DNA of 64,000 bases from Octopus sinensis. Its lineage: Eukaryota. The notes below the pieces were generated by a model. It had not been told where the DNA came from. It ran no database searches and was given only the letters and a program-made list of their open reading frames with translations. This document shows positions 38,697 to 52,441 of this stretch, in pieces (positions within the stretch are counted from its first letter, which is position 1; each line of letters starts with the position of its first letter). The DNA is taken from assembly GCF_006345805.1 (NCBI RefSeq), contig NC_043011.1, forward strand, positions 49,674,464 to 49,738,463. The letters run 5' to 3'. Both the position numbers and the translations under genes were made by a program.

Positions 38697-40289
38697 AAAA
38701 AAAGAAAGAAAGAAAGAGAGAGTTGATCCGTAGATGAAGCCACGACATTCCGGTGATCTAATGAGTTATTTTTCATTATTTACATTGACTTGCGAACATA
38801 ATATTATATAACACTGAATGCAAATATGTAGATATATGCAAATATGTAGATATAATTCATTGCATACTGAAATGAATCCTGCACGAAGAATGTTATGAAA
38901 CGGACGTAATTGCATGGAAGTCAAGTGGATACATAAATGTATCTTCACCTTTCACCCCTCCTAACTTTATACTTTATATACTCCACACTGAAAAAAATAT
39001 TTCTTTGATTTTCTGTAACACATTTATTACATTGCACTACGTTGTAATTGATTATGAAATAAACTGATAACTGATCCCGATTGAGAATCGTACTGTGATA
39101 ACCACATTATTCTCTCAATCCAGATTTGACACAACTCTTTTATACACATACATGTATGTGTGCGTGTTTATGTATATTTATATAATGATTTAATAATTTA
39201 ATATATGGAGAGAGAGAGAGAGAGAGGAATACAGAGGGGGAAAGAGGGAGTGAGAAAATTTGTTATCTAAAAACATGAATATTGAGAGGATCCAGAATAC
39301 GTTATAATTTAATACAAACTAAATAAATATACCATCTTGTACGCAACTGACACTCTCGTTCAATGGTGTATTAGATAATTGTTTGTTGCACAGAAATCTA
39401 ATGGCTGAATGTTCAATCTACATATAATTTGTACATCGTATAATCATATTTATTAATTCTCAACAATAAAACAGAGAAATTTCTTTGTTTGTCATATTTC
39501 TGTTTGATAAAAAAACAATCTTAGGAACGAGAAAGTGTAAATTGAAAAATTAGCATTCTGCTACAGAATGTATGTAAATTATTACATCTTGAAAGTAGCG
39601 GTGAAGTTGAAATATTTGTAATTCGGTTTAAATTCTTCAATAATTTTCTAATATTACAAAGCGAACTGCATATTAAAACTGTGAAACTATGCTTCGGTAT
39701 TCTAGAAAATTTAATATGTGGAGAAAAAGATGCTTTCTGAAACAATTTATTTTAATATTTCAAGCTTGACTTCTGATTTTCTTAAGACTCTTAATAAATA
39801 CCCATTTTTATCAACTTCCCATGTGGTAATTATTGCTATATAGCATTCAAATTTTCCCACTTTCCAATTTGCCTGCTTTATTTTTCCTTCCTTGATGTCT
39901 CTCTCTCTCACTACATATATATGTATATACACATTTGTACATACATACGGACAACGCATATCTAATGCGTAGACACACATACACACACACACTCATACAA
40001 ACATATATGAATGTATGTATATATGCATAATATACATGCATGTAATATTTGCCGTTGATGCATTATCTTCGTTGAAATTGGTTCACTCGAAATAAACTTA
40101 TTCAAATCTATTAACTTATCTCGCAATAAATGTTACAAATGTGAAGTGTTATTCCTTAATGTAAGAGATGACACTACCATTGTTACAATGTACATCAAAA
40201 TACTTCGTGTATGTCGAAACAATCTTAGCGTTTAGTCTTAAATAAAAGAAGGCAATATATAGACGAGTGTGTATGTGTTTGTGTTTTAT

Positions 40290-40323
<34 letters not shown>

Positions 40324-40602
40324 CACTTCTATCTCTTTCTTTTTGTATCCCTCTGTCTCTGTTTCTCTCGAGACCATCCTATTTTCCCACGCCTAGTTAT
40401 TGCTCCTTCTTCTGATGAAGAACTAACCCACGAAGCGTTATGGCACATTCTCTTTTAGTGTAAGTATCAAGGTTATACCGTATTTCAAAAGCCACATCTC
40501 TTGTGTTTTTTTCATTGTTTGTTGTATTTTCACTTTAAATGTATATGTATGTTATTATGCATACATATGTATATGAATACACACACACATTTATATATAC
40601 AA

Positions 40603-40995
40603 CTAGCAGTATCGCCCGGCGTTGCTCGGGTTTGTAAGGGAAATAACTATATAAGCATTTTTAGAGATGTAAAGTATAATAGCCAACTCAATATGGCTAA
40701 CCACAAGGGGGGGTGTTACTGTAGCTTTTTACGTTCTGAGATTTAATAATAAATTTTTAGAGAGTTACTTCCCTTATATATGCCAAAAATGCATTAAAAA
40801 TGGGAAAAATTGATGGTAAATTTTTTTTTAAATCGTAGACTCATCGTAGACGCGCTAATACCCAGAAGGGCTCGATATGAATCACGACTATAAGATACCC
40901 GGTTTTGGTTAAACTGCACCGCAAAATGTGGGAGTAGTTAGGAATCTAAATCGTAGGAGACAGACAGCACACTACCTTACTTTTATATATAAAGA
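40603..40995 (-). mobile_element. Non-autonomous Helitron
   Basis: Reverse complement a|TCtttatatataaaag...cccgagcaacgccgggcgatactgCTAG|t. The 3' ~60 nt are shared with 34214-34601. Confidence 0.85.
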
Positions 40996-41324
40996 TGAAC
41001 AGATAGGGATAATATATCGAGGTGGGTATCTTTCAAGTACTCTATTATAATCCAAATGATGACGAAATGTATTGCGTGGTAAGGAACAAAATATGACTAT
41101 GTGAATTAAACAATCCCAATATATTTTATTCGAAGGGTTCGCTTCGTTGGATTATAAACAGTTTAAAAAGTGTATAACCAGAATAATTCAGTCAATAATG
41201 AGAATTATACATCTACACGCGTTTTCTTATTACAGTAATTTATACAGCATATTTGATTAAAATCTGTCCGATAGATGTGGTTTACATTTGCGTCCAGTTT
41301 GTTCATCTGGTTATATCTCTCTCT

Positions 41325-41515
41325 CTTTTACTCTCTTTTACTTGTTTCAGTCATTTGACTACGGCCATGCTGGAGCACCGTTTTTAGTTGAGCAAATCGA
41401 CCCCGGGACTTATTCTTTGTAAGCCTAGTACTTATTCCATAGGTCTTTTGCCGAACGGCTAAGTTACGGGGACGTAAACACACCAACATCGGTTGTCAAG
41501 CGATGTTGGAGGGGG
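41325..41515 (-). mobile_element. 3' half of bipartite SINE
   Basis: cttgtttcagtcatttgactacggccatgctggagcaccg... Confidence 0.8.
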
Positions 41516-41559
41516 GGCGAATACATAAAATAGAGAAATGTTTTTGTTTCACTTTTAAC

Positions 41560-41770
41560 ACGTAATACTGAAATAGTGGAGAAGATATTATATTGCTATG
41601 GGCTCGCTCTAGGTAAGAAGTTGTACATTTTTTTTGCCCATGAAACTACATGGACCCTAAGTAAGGCATGTGTAAAATTTGAATGAAATTGGTTGTGTAG
41701 TTCTCAAGTTTTAGGGAAACAGACAGACAGACAGACAGACACACATTATCAGTTTCATATATATATATAT
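41560..41770 (-). mobile_element. Helitron-like 5' end fragment
   Basis: aaaatttgaatgaaattggttgtgtagtt...(AGAC)n...tatatatat is the architecture of non-autonomous Helitron 5' ends. Confidence 0.5.
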
Positions 41771-41912
41771 ATTCACAACGACCTCGAACACACAAGTGCA
41801 AACAAGGGAGACAGAGAAAGGCAGAATGCCACTTATATTTGAACACTATACAAATATTCCTTTAAGAAACACTTTTCTTTTAATTTTTCTAAATTTAATT
41901 ATTTAATCGTTA

Positions 41913-41950
41913 CAGTTGAAAAGGTCTCAAAATGACCGAAACCGGTACTG
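41913..41950 (+). ncRNA. Decayed minimal hammerhead (Penelope-type)
   Basis: cag-TTGAAAA-ggtc(tcaaaat)gacc-GAAA-ccgg-TA-ctg has two core substitutions and a palindromic helix III. It is followed by an AT-rich tail ending cct-(AT)n. Confidence 0.6.
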
Positions 41951-42031
41951 AAATATTTTTATAAAATTATTTTAGCATTTTCTATCTTGACTTGTTTTTT
42001 CATATATATCAACTCGTGTGTTTCTTTTCAA

Positions 42032-42074
<43 letters not shown>

Positions 42075-42439
42075 CGATGTACAAAGTTTTATATATGTGT
42101 ATATGTCAGTGGATGTATGCGTGTGTCTCTGCGTAAGCGTGCGTATTTTCTAGTTTTCGTGTATCTTAATGCTTCACAAATCTTTATTTTTGAACATTTT
42201 CTGTTTCGCCAAATTATTCTTATATATTTCTACTAAAGGAAGTAATTAACTTCAAGTTCATTAGTTTCCAATCCAAAAATAAAATCAGATAAATATTTAT
42301 TGAATGCTCTGATTGATTCTGTAATTAGAGGGTAATTAATGCTTGGCCTTTTAACATCAAGACTATCCATCGATGGGTGATACAGCTAATTAGCTGAGAT
42401 CCAAATTAAGGTTGTGGGTCACATGTACTTTGTCTGATA

Positions 42440-43422
42440 GGCGGAGTCTTTAGCGCTAGGATGTAGAGTAGCTACGGCTAAGGAGGTGTAATTGCTACCA
42501 TTGGTAGAGAAGTATCTAGTGGCTACCACTGGTGAGTGAATTGGCTACCAGTGGCAGGGAGAGTCTATGTCACTAGAGTGTTAAGGCGGCGAGCTGGCAG
42601 AATCGTTAGCACGCCGGGCGAAATGCGTAGCCGTATTTCGTCTAGCATTACGTTCTGAGTTCAAATTCCGCCGAGGTCGACTTTGCCTTTCATCCTTTCG
42701 GGGTCGATAAATTAAGTACCAGTTACGCACTGGGGTCGATATAATCGACTTAATCCGTTTGTCTGTCCTTGTTTGTCCCCTCTTTGTTTAGCCCCTTGTG
42801 GGTAGTAAAGAAATAACTAGAGTGTTAAGTTGTAAAGACTGGGAGATGGAATTTCTATCACTAGGATGTATTTCGTCTGCCGTTACGTTCTGAGTTCACA
42901 TTCCGCCGAGGTCGACTTTGCCTTTCATCCTTTCGGGGTCGATAAATTAAGTACCAGTTACGCACTGGGGTCGATGTAATTGACTTAATCCCTTTGTCTG
43001 TCCCTTCTATGTTTAGCCCCTTGTGGATAATAAAGAAATATATCAGTGGGAGGAAAAGCGGTTACACCGTAAAGTGAAATAGCTATTTCGGGAGGTGAAA
43101 TATCAACTCCAGATGAAGCACTTACTCCAGAGATGTGAAATACTTACCGTAGGAGGTGAATAGCTCCCACCAAACACTGAAATAGCTACCGTTGGAAGTG
43201 AAATAGCTTCACCAGGACGTGAAGAATGTGAAGTAGCTTCCCGTGGAGTAGATACCTAGGAGGGGAAATAGCTACGCCAGGAGATGAAATAGCTAACCCA
43301 GGAGATGAAATAGCCAACCCAGGAGATGAAATAGTTAACATAGGAGATGAAATAACTACGCCATAAGGTAAAATAGCGATAAATTTGAGGTGAAGGAAAT
43401 TCAGAAGTGAAATTTCTATCAC
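42440..43422. repeat. Degenerate 21-bp minisatellite (ggagatgaaatagctaccact-like) interrupted by SINEs
   Basis: Clearest at 43258-43365; periodicity continues on both sides of the SINE insertions. Confidence 0.65.
42586..42815 (+). mobile_element. SINE with 14-bp TSD
   Basis: TSD actagagtgttaag at 42572-42585 and 42816-42829. A second body copy lies at 42868-43040. Confidence 0.85.
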
Positions 43423-43502
43423 AGAGAAGGGAAGCGGTACACTGGAACTCTACACTGTTGTGTCTGTAGGATCAACTACGATGCGGTTTTGGCCACACAT
43501 TC

Positions 43503-43722
43503 TTAGTTAGTTAATTTTTTGACTCAAAAAGCAAGGCCATGTAAGGGGACATGGAGTTATGTACAGGGTCGTGTTCATGTAAAGAGTTCAGGCCACTTGT
43601 GGTCAAGGGAGACTTTGAACCGAGCGGTCGTCGGCATCTTCATTATCTCGTCCGGCAGCTTATTCCACGGATCTGCAACCCGGACGGAGAAAGCCCCTCT
43701 CCTTCGATTGAGATGAAATTCT
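43503..43722 (-). mobile_element. CR1-clade LINE 3' end
   Basis: FHLNRRRGAFSVRVADPWNKLPDEIMKMPTTARFKVSLD (FSxRVxxxWNxLP motif); short (TAAC)n tail. Confidence 0.8.
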
Positions 43723-43983
43723 GACGAAACATCACTGTATACTACCCAGCGAGAAAGTACCCACCGGATCGCTAGACATGCAAAAGTTAACAGCCAACTT
43801 TCCCTCAATTAACACTATATTATCTTAAATAAAACATAAAAATTGTATAAGGTAGTAATAGAAAGGTAAACGCAGAGAAAATAAAAGAAGTCATGTCTCG
43901 GGCACTTTTGTCTTAAGTTTCTTTAGAGAAATCTGGCCTAGGGTTAAAGAGCAAGAACAGCAGCAGTAGCAACAGCAACAGAG

Positions 43984-44160
43984 TGGAGGCGCAATGGCCC
44001 AGTAGTTAGGGCAGCAGACTCGCGGTCGTAAGAACGCGGTTTCGATTCCCAGACAGGGCATTGTGTTTTTTTTTAGCAAAAGCATCTGAACTCCGGGGTT
44101 CCGGCGGTGGACCTCACCGTACTCTTTCACCACAACTTTCTCTCACTCTTTCTTCCTACT
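43984..44160 (+). mobile_element. tRNA-derived SINE head (22437 family), truncated
   Basis: gtggaggcgcaatggcccagtagttagggcagcagactcgcgg. Confidence 0.8.
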
Positions 44161-44374
44161 TCTACCACAAGAGGAACCATGGTGTAACCCACTATGGTGT
44201 ATTAAACTTTCAGACCCTTGTCTAGATTGCGAATCCTCTGTACCCCAGGATGGTTCAGCTCTCCACCCGTTGTAAAAAGCCACCGTTTACGGAATGATGA
44301 TAACAACGTAGCTTTCGCGCCCGTGCAACCGCCAGTCTATCGCGTGTGGTGGGTGGATCTTCAAGTTGCCACAC

Positions 44375-45128
44375 GCTTATCGCTCTTATCAGTGATTCTC
44401 TCTCCAATGCTCAGTCTCTTTTACAATCTCTTGAACAAGCCTCAAATTGTGTAGGTCTTTACCTCAATGAGGCCAAAACTGAATACATAAGCAAGTGCCT
44501 GTCCAACTGTGATTGTATCATCCATACTCTCAACAACGCGCCCTTAAATATGGTTTCTGATTATAAATATCTTGGGTCATACATATCATCATCTGGAAAA
44601 GACTTTCTAACTAGAAAGGGTATGGCCTGGTCAGCCTGTAATGACATGCATAAGATCTGGTCATCAAATCTAAGTAGAGACTTCAAACTTGAAATATTCA
44701 AGGCCACAGTCGAACCAATTCTACTATATGGCTCAGAAACCTGGACGTTATCAAAGAAGCTTGAGAGGTGGTTGGATGGAACCTACACTTGCCTCCTTAT
44801 GAGAGCTCAAAATCTCTCGTGGAAGCGCCATCCAACCAAAAGCAAATATATGGGAAACTACCACCTGTGTCATCTCTTGTGAAAGGTAGGAGAGTCCAGT
44901 TTGCTGGACATTGTTGTAGAGCTGAAAAAGAAGTAATTTCTACTCTTCTCCTCTGGAAGCCATCTACTCGCAATACCAGAGGGCGCACACTCTCCTACCC
45001 TGATGTAATCTCCAGGGATACAGGCATCCAGCAACAGTACCTCCGTAATGCCATGATGGACCGTGAAGTCTGGCGTAGCATGGTAAATTCCATTGTCTCG
45101 ACCACGGTCGAACAATGATGATGATGAT
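44375..45128 (+). mobile_element. RTE-clade LINE 3' fragment
   Basis: GLYLNEAKTEYI, YKYLGS, IFKATVEPILLYGSETWTL, RRVQFAGHC and AMMDREVWRSMV; (ATG)n tail. Confidence 0.88.
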
Positions 45129-45997
45129 TTAGTATCTCAGAGTAGGCTCGAATTAGAGATTATTCTTTGTGGCTAATGGCGTGAGTCCTGATTGAATGAT
45201 GATGATGAAGAAGAAGAAGAAGAAGAAGAAGAAGAAGAAGAGAAGAAGAAGAAGAAGAAGAAGAAGAAGAAGAAGAAGAAGAAGACAACAACAACAGTTG
45301 CAACAACAACATGTAATGTTTAATTAAAAGCTAATTTCAGCAGCAGCTTGTTGGGTCACCCTGTACAGAATGTCAACCAGGTTATCATATAAAGAGAACC
45401 ATTGACGCAACCATATCGATTACGTATGTTTCATCTATCAGAAACGCAGATATTTCACGAATCGATATGAATGATAGTAAATTTAGAAAGCTTCAGTGGT
45501 TTCATACAAGCAAACAAAAGAAGACATCATTCACATCCCTGTTACATGACAGGCTACACTTCTGCTCTTTTCATCGATAGCACCGCGCAGAGGTCACTGC
45601 TCTTGCTATCGGCACCGAAACGATTACCGTTCTCATTGGTGCTGCGGAGGGAGCCGGCCCAAACTATACCAACCCTACAAGGCAGTAGTAAAGAGACTAT
45701 AATCCCTATCTGTGGTTTGATTTTTGGGTAACTGTGTTTCTATGAACTCCACTGCATCGGTAGTGGTATTGGCACGTGTGAGATGTTATTATTGGTTCCG
45801 GAGAAGCTCTTCAGATATGGAAATGCCCTTAGTAGTGCCTGACCAAAGCTATTTTGGCTATTTTCTTTTCTTCTTGCAAGGCTTATAAGATTTCTCATAG
45901 GGAATGGATAAAGCATATAAGGAGAGGTGGTGGAATTCATGCTATAAAGCTCTCTGCACATAATATATATATATATGTATATATATATATAAATATA

Positions 45998-46168
45998 GGC
46001 GCAAGAATGGCTGTGTGGTAAGTAGCTTGCTTACCAGCCACATGGCTCTGGGTTCAGTCCCACTGCATGGCACCTTGGGCAAGTGTCTTCTACTATAGCC
46101 TCGGGCCGACCAAAGCCTTGTGAGTGGATTTGTTAGACGGAAACTGAAAGAAGCCCGTCATATATATG

Positions 46169-46231
<63 letters not shown>

Positions 46232-46432
46232 GTTTGCGTGTTTCTGTCTGTGTTTGTCCCCTCCTTGACAACCGATGCTGGTGTGTTTACGTCCACGTAA
46301 CTTAGCGGTTCGGCAAAAGAGACGGATAAAATAAATACTAGGCTTACAAAGAATAAGTCCTGGGGGCGATTTGCTCGACTAAAGGCGGTGATGCAGCATG
46401 GCCGCAGTCGAATGACTGAAACAAGTAAAAGA
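45998..46432 (+). mobile_element. Full-length bipartite tRNA-derived SINE with internal (TA)n(TG)n
   Basis: A box tggctgtgtggtaag and B box gggttcagtccc. The 3' tail is cagcatggccgcagtcgaatgactgaaacaagtaaaaga. About 10 copies or fragments occur in the window. Confidence 0.85.
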
Positions 46433-48109
46433 GTACATATATATATATATATATATATTACGGAGATATACATGCATAGTAAGTGCCACGTAGTAGAACT
46501 GAACCTGGAACCATGAGGTTGTACGCAAGTTTCTTACCACACAGCCACACTTGCGGCTAAGCAGAATTGAGCTCGATTCTGGCGGGAATTCAATTCTTTA
46601 CGTATTGAACATAAACGAAATACTGGTATGTAGTGAATCAGATCTTTAACAAGTTTATCACACACACACACATATACATATATACACAAACGCATATATA
46701 CACACACATACATACTCATGCCTACATACATATACACACGTGACCTGGTGCACGTGTTGATATTGATTTTTATGATTGATAAAAGAATTTTCGTTTTGTT
46801 TTGCTTGACGGATTAAGCGTCCAATGGATTTAGTCTTACTCTCGTCCCAGACTAGTAATCATTTTAGTTTCCATCCCATAAAAGGATGACAGGCGATGCC
46901 CAGTCTAAAGCGATTCGTTCCGGGAACTAAACTTAGCGTAGCTATTGAAAGTCTCCGAATGTGATAAAATAGAATACTAGTCACTTACAGAGATCAGTTT
47001 TAATGTCCGACAAAAAAAAAAGTTTATTGATGAATTTGTGCCAAAGTTATAAATGAATATCTCATTTATTGAAAGAAACATAATATATTGTCCCGATGGA
47101 AGATATCTTTGCCAAAAAAGAAGACATAAAACAAATGGAGAGGGGACAGATTGGGTGGGGGGCAAAGTAGATGTGGTTTGGAAAGACGGAGAAAGGAAGG
47201 TCGGTATTATGAGTGGAGGAGAGACGAGGCGACGTGGACGAGAGCAACTGGAAAGAGAGGGAGAATCGCTTCACCAATGGTTGCCCACCGAAGGACCCTA
47301 AGGCTTCAGGAGGTGGGGGGGGAGACTCCGGACAAAGCGGAAGAGCTCCACTCTCCCGAAGTCAGGAAGGTGGGAGATGATGTGCCGTCTGCATATCTCG
47401 AAGTCATTGCAGGTGGGAGATGATGTGCCGTCTGCATGTCCCGAAGTTGTGCCACCCACGGTGGAAGAAATCACCCCCACCATTAAAGATATGAATTATC
47501 TTTTTCTACAAGGGCGGGGAGGTGGAAAAATAGTAGGAGAACATAAAGGGACAGTAGATATGGCCTTCATACGGGATACCGAATGGCCTCCGCAGATAGC
47601 TGTGGAGGTCATAAGGTTTACTTTGTGGGAAGGGCTTAAAGATTTGGGAAGGAGTGTCGCATATGGCCGGGTGGCTCTTACACTGGAATGACTTACATGT
47701 CCTACATGAGTGAGGCATGGGAAATGGCGGGATACAGGAACTCAAGCGGCATTGAAGATAATGATGGATATATTGATGGATATATCGATGAGTAGGAAGT
47801 GAAAAAGCCTCGTTAGAGGGTTTGAAGCCTTATCTTATTGTATTATTTGTAGTGGTTTATAACCTCAATTGTGTGTTTAAAAAAAAACATGTTAAGTAAG
47901 AGGTTTTAGTATCTCCATCTTGTAAGAGGTTTGAAACCTCATATTGATTTTTTAAAACAGAAAATATGTTTCCGAGAAAAATCCGATCGGCGGGTGTTGG
48001 GTTTCGTCTCTCATTTATTCATTTTATTTCATTTTCATTCATTAATGTGTTTGTCCAGCCTGCAAAGCTACCCAATCTTTGTACTGTCTTCATGACAAAT
48101 TTAATGAAG

Positions 48110-48254
48110 TAAAGTAGCTAGCTTACGAACCAAATAGTTCCGGGTTCAGTTCCATTGCATGGCAGTTTGGGCAAGTGTCTTCTTCTATAGCCTCGGGTCG
48201 ACCAAAGACTTGTGATTGGATTTGGTAGACGGAAACTGAAAGAAGCCCGTCGTA

Positions 48255-48297
<43 letters not shown>

Positions 48298-48497
48298 ATA
48301 TGTATGTGTGTGTATATGTTTGTGTGTCGCTTGACAACCGATGCTGGTGTGTTTACGTCCCCGTAACTTAGCGGTTCGACAAAGGAGACCGATAGAATAA
48401 GTACTAGGCTTACAAAGAACTCCTGGGGTCGATTTGCTCGCCTAAAGGTGGTACTCCAGCATGGCCACAGTCACATGACTGAAACAATTAAAGAGAG
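48110..48497 (+). mobile_element. Bipartite SINE
   Basis: Homologous to 45998-46432. Confidence 0.85.
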
Positions 48498-48981
48498 TAT
48501 ATACGTATATAATATATACGCGCATGTATGTATGTATGTATATGCCTGCGTCTGTTCGAGTTGTACCTGTTTGTGACGTGAATGGATTGTTAGCTAAAAT
48601 AATAGACTACTTTTGCTAAATAACTTTCTTTACACCTAAGTAACGATGATATACAGACGTCACACCGTTGTATATCAATGGTTATCATCGATCAATGCTT
48701 ACATACTCTTATCTCTATCTATTACATCAATAACTATTATCGTGTATAAATATCTAGTCTATATTATTAATTGTTATCTATCATATTACTTTCGAGCGTA
48801 TTATCTATCTTGTTTACTTATCTGCTATTACATTTGATTCATCATATAATACAACAACGTACACATCACTTACATTATCAATTTGCATGTGTATATATCT
48901 ATATATATATATATGTATGTATGTATGTATGTATATAACAAATGAAAGACAGAAGATGGAATATAGGAGAATATATTATTA

Positions 48982-49085
48982 ATCACAACAATTTTTTCGA
49001 CACATCTGGCATCGACTCCTCTTGTGGTACACACAAAAACTGGTTCAGGCGTATCCGGTGGTGCAGACGTATCTCATCGGGTGAT
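48982..49085 (-). ncRNA. Slightly decayed hammerhead with long helix II
   Basis: Reverse complement atcac-CCGATGA-gatacgtctg...cagatgtgtc-GAAA-aaattg-TT-gtgat. Helix I is 5 bp, the helix II base is 10 bp, and there is a U4C change. Confidence 0.6.
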
Positions 49086-49443
49086 AAATAAATAAAAAAA
49101 GTTTCGTTAAAATGACAGTTCCATAATGCAACTTTTCGTTCTGCAGAGAGAAAAACAGCTAGACGGAGGAAAATTCTTCATAAAATAAAATTCTCCAAAA
49201 AGAGAAGACAAAAAGAGAAACGAACACTTAATCAGATCTGGAAATTCACGCGAATTTCCTACAGAATTCCTGATTCTGGTAGTTGGTCATAGTAGTAGCA
49301 GTAGTAGTAGTAAATGTTTTAGTAAGGGGAGTTTCTTTCCTTAGTAAGAATGTTTGTATTAAGGAGTGTCTCTCTCTTTCACACTCACTCACACACACAC
49401 ACACACTCTCTCTCTCTCTCTCTCTCTTCCACTCTCTTTCTCG

Positions 49444-49477
<34 letters not shown>

Positions 49478-49484
49478 TACTAAT

Positions 49485-50020
<536 letters not shown>

Positions 50021-50026
50021 TATATA

Positions 50027-50180
50027 CACGAAAGGTACTGCTGAAAATTTCTTGGCTTTGGGTAAAAGAAATTCAGGATTAATTAATTATGGTTTTATTC
50101 AATATATTCCCTTCTCATATTCACACACTTTTTGCAGCGGTTCTTCCATTTTTATAAGTCCTGTAAATGAACGCGGAAGG
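50027..50180 (-). mobile_element. Mariner right-end fragment
   Basis: cgaaaggtactgctgaaaat is TIR-like and is followed by the reverse complement of a mariner C-terminal tail (..RCKKCVNMRREYIE*). Confidence 0.5.
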
Positions 50181-50289
50181 CCATCTCTTGAATCAATAAA
50201 TACTTGCATGACTAGCAAATCCTGCTCTTGACAAACAAACTCTACTGCAGATCTTACAAATATTTTTAAGCAGAAAAGTTGTCTGGGAT

Positions 50290-50840
50290 TGTAGTTAAGT
50301 CCTGTCTACGAAGTGCTCGTTTCTAGATAGATTATTCAATTCTTTGAGCTTCAAATGCTTTACGTCTATTGCGATCGATCTTGCGTCATCTGCTCCCAGT
50401 CTTCAACTTTCACATTAAGAGCCTTAAGGTTGCCCTGACAGTATCCCTAAAACGTTTCTTAGGTTTATGACTCGGACGTTTGCCACGCTGCAATTTCCCC
50501 GTAAAACAACTCCTTTTGCAACCTTTTATCCAGCATCCTAGCAAGGTGCGCAGCCCAACGCATCTGATTGCGTATGAGGATCATTTCAACACTGGATGTG
50601 TTAGCTTACTGAAGAACAACGGCGTGTGGTGTTAAAGACTTCCAATTGATGTCTAGTATCCTGCTTAGGCAAGTCTGATGGAATCTTTCCAAAGCCTTGA
50701 TGCAGCACCGATATGTCATCCGGGCCTCAGAAGAGTACAGGAGGACCGTTAAAATGCAAGATTCCTTGATACTAAGCTTAGTTTTGAAGGTGGTACCTCT
50801 ATCAGACCACACACGATTTTCAAGCTTTCCAAATACTTTG
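50290..50840 (-). mobile_element. RTE (BovB-like) LINE 3' fragment
   Basis: KTKLSIKESCILTVLLYSSEARMTY..IKALERFHQTCLSRILDINW, QMRWAAHLARM and KPKKRFRDTV. Confidence 0.85.
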
Positions 50841-51165
50841 CTGGAGCACCGCCTTTAGTCGAGCAAATCGGCTCCAGGACTTATTCTTTGTAAGCCTAGT
50901 ACTTATTCTATCGGTCTCTTTTGCCGAACCGCTAATTTACAGTGACGTAAACACAGCAGCATCTGTTGTCAAACGATGTTGGGGGGACAAACACACACAC
51001 ACAAGCCCCCCCCACACACATACATATATATATATATATACATATATATGACGGGCTTCTTTCAGTTTCCGTCTACCAAATTCACTCACAAGGCTTTGGT
51101 CGGGCCGAGGCTATAGTAGAAGACAGTTGCCAAGGTGCCACGCAGTGGGACGGAACCCAGAACTA
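50840..51165 (-). mobile_element. Bipartite SINE
   Basis: Homologous to 45998-46432. Confidence 0.8.
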
Positions 51166-52407
51166 TGTGAATAAATTTCTTTCATATTTATACAAATACG
51201 AAATAGAAATTCCCGTTATTTACATAGACGCATTCAGTGTCTTAGTTTCAACAAAATTTCATGTATCTGTGTTTATGTGTGTGCGTGTGAATTCATATAC
51301 ACTCTACGTATAATAAACACACATGCAGAGAGAAGGACACAGAGAGAGAGAGAGAGAGAGAAAGAGAGGGGAGAATAGTAAGAGAGAGAGAGAGAGAGCA
51401 GGAAGAGGAGACACAGAGAGACAGAGAGACAGAGAGACGGAGAAAGTGACAGACAAAACTGGAAACGGCATAGCAATAAATTGCATTATCAGAGACAGAT
51501 TCTATATTAACAAAGAAATAATTACGAAAAGAAAACACAGAGGAAAGCAAGAGAATTTGGCTTGGTCAGAAAATATGATTAGTTCGGAACACATGTACAA
51601 TTTGTTGTTCTTTTGCTCTGTTGCCAATTTTTGATAAATCCGTTTTCCTGCCTTCTATTAGAAAGATTAGACCTCCTTGTCTACATCTTCGTCTCGTTAT
51701 TTCCCTTTCGTTTGTATTGCTGTTTTCTTCTAATGGGGTTAAAATCATTGATTTGGCAGATACGTCAGCGTAAAGTTTTACCCCCCGCCTCTACGGTGCT
51801 TTTTATAACGTCCTTTCCAAGGAACTTTCACCTCTTCTTTTTATTTCATAGTCTGGTGTTGGTAGTATTAAAAAAAAAAAAAGAAGCCTGTTACCCTTTT
51901 ATTGTCTTACTGACAGATTTGACATCGCTGGTATTTTTGTTTGACCTTTGAAAATTATTTGGTTTCAAAGAGTGACTGCAATGCCTCCGCAGATGGATAA
52001 AAGTTTGAGCAGTGCTTTAGTATAATGTTTGCAGATGTTAATCGGACAAACAGTTCGATATTGATTTTCTGCTCTATCGTCACCGGTATTATTCACTAAA
52101 TTCTAAGGTTACGTGTCTTTAATACGAACAACCACTGCGACATATTGAAAAAAAATATAATAATAATCCACTAAAACTTTGTTTTCAGAAATATATAACA
52201 TACAAACAGCATAAAATTAATAAATATAAAAATAAGAATCAAAATAGTTTATAGTAAACTCCTCCAAACTTGCCAGAATTTTCCTAAATAACAATAATAA
52301 GCATTTTTACGAAGGTGAGAGACATCTTGAAATATTCAATAGAAGAAATGTTAAAGTGATGTACACTTGTATAAAAATGTCACTGCTTCCATACATACAT
52401 AAATACA

Positions 52408-52441
<34 letters not shown>

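Noticed and set aside
40430-40450. CTGATGA...GAAG hammerhead-like core near 40412-40445
   Set aside because: No GAAA and no convincing helix I or II pairing.
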